This document shows positions 51,026-64,000 of a DNA stretch of 64,000 nucleotides, one piece after another. Numbering within the stretch: position 1 is the first letter of the stretch; each line of letters begins with the position of its first letter. The position numbers and the translations under genes are program-made. The notes below the pieces were generated by a model that was not told where the DNA came from, made no database searches, and saw only the letters and a program-made list of their open reading frames with translations. Source of the DNA: Hormiphora californensis (lineage: Eukaryota > Animalia > Ctenophora); assembly GCA_020137815.1 (NCBI GenBank), contig CM035350.1, positions 2,232,001 to 2,296,000 of the forward strand, read 5' to 3'.

Positions 51026-51449
51026 TCCAGATTGTAACATAAAAGAGCAACATTAAGAGTAGATAGAGGGATCGGGGATCGATATAACTAAAAAAATAAC
51101 AGCCTCCATTAAAGAGCACAAAGAGAAAGTGAATTCTCAATCAGCTGGCACTTTTTGCTATATTTGATGAACTTCATTAGCAACCCTTTGTACCCTTGTC
51201 CCTACAAATGGAGCTGTAACAACTGATTGTTATAATAGTTGATTGCAGTCCACTAATAAACAAAGGAGGAGCAGAGAGAGAGAGAGAGAGGGGGCTCTCT
51301 CATTGTCTAAACACACGTCAGTCATTGGACAGGCCACATTTTACTTGCATTTTAGCATTAAAATTAAACACGTCCTGCCTCATTAACCACGGCCCCTTTA
51401 AAAGGGCGCATTAATATGTAAATTTGGGGGGGGGTCAATTAAGCCTAGA

Positions 51450-53500
51450 ACGGGCTTTTTTTTTCCAAGCACCCTGCCCCCCCCCCAAAAGACATCAGGG
51501 GAGGCTTTTTCTTTTTATGGCATGTCTGTACCATTTGTATCACGGCCCCTTTTAAAATTTGCCCCCCCCTTTTGGCCAATGGGGGTTTTTCGGGCCCTCT
51601 TTTTGGGTTTGGGCGGGTTCCCTTTGGGTTCCCCCCCAGAAAACATTCCCCACCAAAAGGGGGGGGTGTTGACTGACACCCTTTCCCCCCTTTGTTTTGG
51701 CCATGAAAAGGGAAAGGGGCAAGAGAGAGATACACAGAGAAGAAGGGAGAGAGAGATTCAAAGAGGGAGAGAGAGAAAGAGAAAGAAAATGGGGGAAGGA
51801 AAAGTTTAAGAACAGTGAACAAACTTTTCAATTTTCGAATTAAAAAGTCACGTTCATCCCGGGGAGGGGGGGGTGAGAGGTGACAACTCTAACATCCTGG
51901 TCCAACACAAGATAGAGGGTCCGTCACCTATTTTTTTAAATTTGCCATAAACTCCCCATTTAACTTTATAACCAAAAAATTTAACAAAAAAAACCTTTTG
52001 TGTAGGTCACTAAATATAAAAAGAAAAACCACTTTATCTGTAAAAAAAACCCAAATGCAAAAATTGCATGCAAGAGTCCGATTAAAATTTTTAAAGTCAG
52101 ACTCTAAATTTTTGATTTTGGGGAAAGATCGAGGCCCCCTTTTTAAAGTAGTTCCCTATTTACTGGGAAAAATTAGGTGGCATGGGGGTAGTTGGCTTGG
52201 AAAAATATCAAAGGACGGAAAAATCCATTCCTAGTGGAAAAGATGAGGGGGAAATGGAAAAAATTGACCCTGAAACTTAGATTCAACCTTTTTAAAGATC
52301 CCCACTTCATGATCTTAAATTTTGGTTGGGGGAAACCCCTTACTCCCAAACCCTTAAAAATGTTTTTGCCTCCCCAACCCCTTTCGAAGGGGATCTGTTC
52401 CTCCTTTACACGGCCCCTTTAAAAAAAACAACATACCCCCCGGGCCCTTTGTTTTGTTTGCCCCCTTGATATTCCCGTTTCCCTCGCTAACTCCTAACCC
52501 CCCCGGGTTTACTGATCCCCTGGGTTTAAAAACCTCGCCCGAAACGATCTGCACGTCTGATGCACTGGGAGGGAGGGGTAGTTTGTTACTCACCCTACGG
52601 GGCGGGGAATTAAGAAGGGGAGTTGGTAACGATTAGTTGGAAGCTGTCTGGCCCCCGCCCATCTGAGCGCTTTGTCGAGAATAAAAAGGGGGTTTATGGC
52701 GCCCCCAAATTAAAGGGTTTGGGGAAAGCACAAATTAAAACCCCCCAAATCGTACCCTGTCTTGTCCCCCAACTTGCTTTTTTCCCTTTTCCGCCCCCTT
52801 AAAAATGGGAATATTTTTAAAAATTTACAAAATTTTGGGGGATATTGCCCCCTATACTAGCTTTCTCGAGTGTTATTATTATAGGCGATAATCATTTTCG
52901 ATCTTTACAATTTTTGGGTTTCAACAACAAAAAATAGTTTAGAAAACTATTTAAATTTAACTTAAAAGGTAAAAACCCCCCCCCCCCCCCAATTTAAATA
53001 GCCGAGATCCAAAAATGAACATCGCATCACCAACCCTGACTTTTCTCGATCCCCGGGGTTGGTTGTAGATTTTAATAACTTTAGCAGGCAGCACCCAGTG
53101 GGCGTTAGTGTGAAAGTATTTGCTGGCAAAGGCCATTGGCGGGCCATTCTTCTCCACTGGGCCGTGGGTTAACCTGACCTGGAGAACTAAAAAGGAGTTT
53201 TATCAGATCTATAGACCCAATATTCCCCAGACTCTCCCCTCTCTCCCCTTTCCCCTTTTAGCACTCTACATATGACCGTCCCATTGGATCACAAAAAGGG
53301 TTCCCCGAAGGGTTTAAAAATTCCTTTTTTCGGGGAGGAATGCTCCGGGGCCCCGCACTCCGGAAATGGCAAGAACATTCCGGGTTTTGGTTTTGCTGGA
53401 AAAGGGGGAAAGGAAGAGGTGAGCAGCACACCAAACCCCCGTTTGCATCAAATAAAAACGGAGAGGGGAAAAAAAGGAGAAGAGGGAAAAAAAAGCCCTT
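51450..53500 (-). CDS. Probable second TIMP/NTR-like gene (tandem paralog) inside low-quality sequence
   Basis: Residual peptides CSC...FC (~53280-53380) and QVRLTH (~53165-53182) parallel CSC..AFC and QIRLTH of the 54-55 kb gene on the same strand. Frames are broken by homopolymer errors. Confidence 0.4.
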
Positions 53501-53810
53501 TTTCCTTGGAAATTCATCCCCCAAAAAACTCCTGGTAATTCGTCTCCTTACCCTTTTGGTGTAGTAAACGGAATTTTCCCGTTCCAGTAGTCCCGGGTTG
53601 GGTTTCACACAAAACAAAAGAAAAGGGGGTAACCCAAAAAAACGGGGGCAAAATTTTTGCGAAGAGAAAAAGAAAATAAAAGTTTAAAATTTTCTAGCAA
53701 GGGCTATTGAAATGAGGGAAAATAATTTTGATATCTCCTTCTGGTGCGAAAACACACCCACACCCCTCCGTACAACGGGTTTTTAAGGGGGGAAACTCCC
53801 CCCCACACGG

Positions 53811-54231
53811 GGAGATCTCGGTCAAAGGGGAGTTTTTTTGATTATTTTTAGAATAAAGGATCTGACAAGAAATTTAAAAAAAGGGAAAAAAAATCGGAAA
53901 AAATTTTCTTGGGGTTTGAACCCCGGGAATTTAACCCAAAGGGGCCCCTCCAGAGGGGACGCCCCTCGATGCTTTACCACTGAGCTACCGAACCCCTGTA
54001 CAGATCGCATTTCTTCAACACTATATTCAAGCACATGTGCTTGAATATAGTGTGAAGAAATGCGATCTGTACAGGGGTTCGGTAGCTCAGTGGTAGAGCA
54101 TCGAGCGCGTCTCTCTGGAGGTCCCTGGTTCAATTCCCGGTCGAACCCAGTATTTTTCGATTTTCTTCCCTATTTAATTCTTGCTCAGATCTCTTTATTC
54201 TGAACTATTGAAATGTCACCAGAGATCTCGG
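53811..54231. repeat. ~420-bp spacerless palindrome (centre 54035/54036) whose arms each carry a tRNA-like gene
   Basis: Centre ..TATTCAAGCACA|TGTGCTTGAATA..; arms can be traced outward to GAGATCTC at both ends. The left arm is progressively error-ridden. Confidence 0.85.
54076..54148 (+). tRNA. tRNA-derived sequence (pseudo-tRNA or SINE head); mirror copy on - strand at about 53912-53994
   Basis: Acceptor stem GGTTCGG/TCGAACC, A box TAGCTCAGTGGTAGAGC, B box GGTTCAATTCC, downstream T5 terminator. The anticodon arm pairs poorly and lacks U33, so no isotype is assigned. Confidence 0.7.
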
Positions 54232-54385
54232 ATGCAAAATTGGATCACCCTCGCCACTGAAGTAAAGAGACTGTTTGTGTTAGAATATGATCCCTGTCCC
54301 TCTCATTCCAACAAAATATATTCCAAAATGAAGAGCGAGAGAAATAATTAAGCAGATTGCTCCTAAACTCCTGCCGCAAATTCTT

Positions 54386-55520
54386 CACACGCTCCCTCGG
54401 GGTCGTTTAGGAGGTCTCTTAGCTCGGCTGGAACAAACGATTCCGCGGAGGGAGCGGTCGATTTGACGTAACGGAAAATTGTTGGACATTGCATCACCTG
54501 AAATGAAGGGATGATTATTATCATGGTCATTTAAACAATGTTTTAATTTTGATATGAATACTAAAGATATTTGCCACAGTATGTAAAGGCACTAGAGAGA
54601 GATTTCAACTCACCAGACCCTCGAATCGTTTCTTGGCACTATCCCAAGTCAGGTGACTTGCAAACACGACATATTTTGTAGCACTGTGTGCGTTAACATA
54701 CTCAGCTATCTCTCCAACACCATTTCCCACAAACCTCCCAGTCCTCCACACCTGGGTTTCACACGGTCGACAGTTGCCAATATCTGTAATTGGAGGGGGA
54801 TTAGGGGGGATTACCGGGTATGTAGGTACTAGGTAATAATTGGCAAATTACCTGCATTTGAGTAGGTACCTACATTTGAATATTTGGAACCCCTATAGTA
54901 CCTACCTACATGATGCAACTGCTGCCCAATGCCCAGCTAAATGAATTGATATAGATAATAACACTGAGGGGGGAATCAGGTAGATTGGGGGGGCGGGGAG
55001 AATTGTTTACTTTCGAATCTGAGAATGATGTCATCTCGTCGGTTAATCACGATTCCCTGGTTGGTACGGTATGCCTTGATGGCACGTCCCCTCATACTCC
55101 ACAGATCCACGTCATAATCCATAAAGGTGGTCGTGTTGTCGAATTGGGAGATGTATGTGCCACGGGGGGTTCCATATGGGTAGTGGGTTAAACGGATTTG
55201 CAACACTGAAACATGGGGTGTCACTGAAATATGTGCACAGGGTGTTACTGAAATATGTGCACAGGGTGACCAAGTCTACCTAGGTGTATGTACCCCAATA
55301 GTTATATCTCTCGTCCTAAAACTAATGAATAACTACCGGCATCAGATGAGCAGAATGCTTGTTGTAATTTAGGTTGGAATGATTCCCCAACAGGACATTG
55401 CTGGCAGCTGCACGAAGATATGCTGTCCTCACTAGGGGCCTCAGGGGCACCAGATATATCGCCAAAACTAGAGGCTACGCATAAAACCAAGGAGGCTAAA
55501 ATTAAAAGGCAGGACAACAT
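54386..55520 (-). CDS. Secreted TIMP/netrin-module (NTR)-like protein, about 4 exons
   Basis: Signal peptide MLSCLLILASLVLCVASS, then CSCQQCP..KLQQAFCSSDA|VLQIR, resembling TIMP CxC..PQxAFCNSDxVIR. Later exons CRPCE..YVVFA and QCPT. Exons about 55338-55520, ~55005-55207, 54615-54783 and 54386-54497. Confidence 0.6.
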
Positions 55521-56537
55521 TTTGGTGCACGTATAGAGATGTAACAACTAAGGGAGGATATTTATCTTCTTAAATACAGGTTACAGAGTCATGTTACAGG
55601 GACGGGAGAGAAACATATAATAGCTAGTGAGAGAGCAATTAAGGGTTCGACTCTAACTTTGAGAGACAGAGATAGTGGCCACCGCCCACTCGCCCGGTTT
55701 TTCCGCTTTGCAAGATGGGTCACACCTATAACGCAACATAATTATTCTTATCGCCCTAGATCCGGAGTTTAGCAGTCTGTTACGACACAGAAATAGGGAA
55801 TTATTGTCTTCCAAACTCCCCCAAAACCCCTTCCAGGTTGGATTTCTGGGCGCTTGTCAGCGCAGAAGTCCAAACACCGCGCGATGCAACAGGTGGATTA
55901 GAAGGGACGCGCATTAATGCTGCTGAAACCCAAATTCAAGGTACTTTTCACAGATCCAAGTCGTGGCGTGTCCCGTTGATGGTCAATTACGCAATATCCT
56001 CTGAGGGATTGAAACCAGCTGGATGTGACACTGCAGGTGCAACCGTATCATGTGTTGTCCCACAAAATACTGCACTCTCTGAACCGGAAATATTTTTCAA
56101 ATGAAAACACGGATGGTTTTGTGGTGGAAAAGAAAAGAAAATGAAATACATGACACTAGTCTTTACAAACTAATCTAATAACTAAAGGAATTTCACTCTA
56201 TTGGTTAAATTCTCTCGATTTACAGGATAAACAACATTCCCCTGACCTGTGCATTTGTATTCAACAACTATAGATTTACCGCCCACCCCAAACCCCATAA
56301 TGCCCCCCCCCCCCCAAACCCTTTCCCAACAGTTTCAGTAAATCGAGAGTTTATAACAGGTATACTTGAAATATAAAATAACTAAAACTAATATTTAAAT
56401 AAGAAGGAATGCAACAAATACAAATACATACAGACCCAAATAAACAACCAATAAATAATCATCAAATCCTCATTATAGTTCCATTTTCTCTGAACACTTT
56501 ACATCTATAAATTATTGTCCCCCACGACCCCCTCCCC

Positions 56538-63580
<7,043 letters not shown>

Positions 63581-64000
63581 ATGTCAATTTAAATGATGCA
63601 CCACCCAAAAAAGTGCCAACTGTCAAAGCAACATACAAATATCATACTATTGACTACATACTAAGTAAGCAGATTTTTGCACAAGTTTTTTCATGTACAT
63701 ATTGTGTCATTTAGAATCGCCCAAAGGGCAAACGGGCAGCGCTTTTCAATTAGAGAGAAGGAAAGATTCACGGACGGCGCTCGTGTCCGCGGACACACAG
63801 GTGACAGCAGACAGGGCCCAGGCCAAAAGGCAAAAAGACGGAGAGAGAAAAGAAGAAAAATTTGAAAGTGAAAAGGAACACGTGTGCGGGTTACCATAGG
63901 TATATTGTGTTAGGACACGGAGAAAAGATGTAGAGACACAATAAAGAAAAAAAATTTAAAAAATTTAAAAAAAACAAAAATAATTTAAAAAAACTGCGAA

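Noticed and set aside
54076-54148. Functional tRNA with an assignable anticodon
   Set aside because: The anticodon stem is mismatched, the loop lacks U33 and the T stem has a mismatch; treated as tRNA-derived.
55838-56104. 88-aa + strand ORF following a good acceptor (ttccAG)
   Set aside because: Could be a terminal exon, but I found no recognisable domain or convincing upstream exon, so it is not called.

Overview
Gene-dense animal genomic DNA with short GT-AG introns, many (AG/CT)n microsatellites, minisatellites and non-autonomous DNA transposons. The compact layout, nested antisense genes and splice acceptors just before most start codons suggest a spliced-leader trans-splicing invertebrate such as a ctenophore (inference only). 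Genes recognised by hand translation, left to right: FN3 + C-type lectin protein (+); AF10/MLLT10-like PZP + OM-LZ chromatin reader (-), with an intronless tyrosine-motif-rich ORF nested antisense in one intron; MINPP1-like phosphatase (-); intronless NAGLU (-); intronless GSK3 (+); KDM2/FBXL19-type F-box-LRR protein (+); a probable mitochondrial bL35m-like protein (+); UBLCP1 (+), whose introns hold three transposons, one inside another; a GAS2-type calponin-homology domain spliced in frame to a trihelix Myb/SANT domain (-); a Shaker-superfamily Kv subunit with a non-canonical gate (+); two tandem TIMP/NTR-like genes (-) on either side of a ~420-bp palindrome made of two tRNA-like copies; and an SLC2A13/HMIT-like transporter (-) hosting a whole TRPC-like channel gene (+) in one intron. 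The assembly has homopolymer indels (apparent frameshifts in MINPP1, NAGLU and the F-box gene), and about 51.4-53.95 kb is badly degraded. Exon coordinates were derived by eye and are approximate; no database searches were run.
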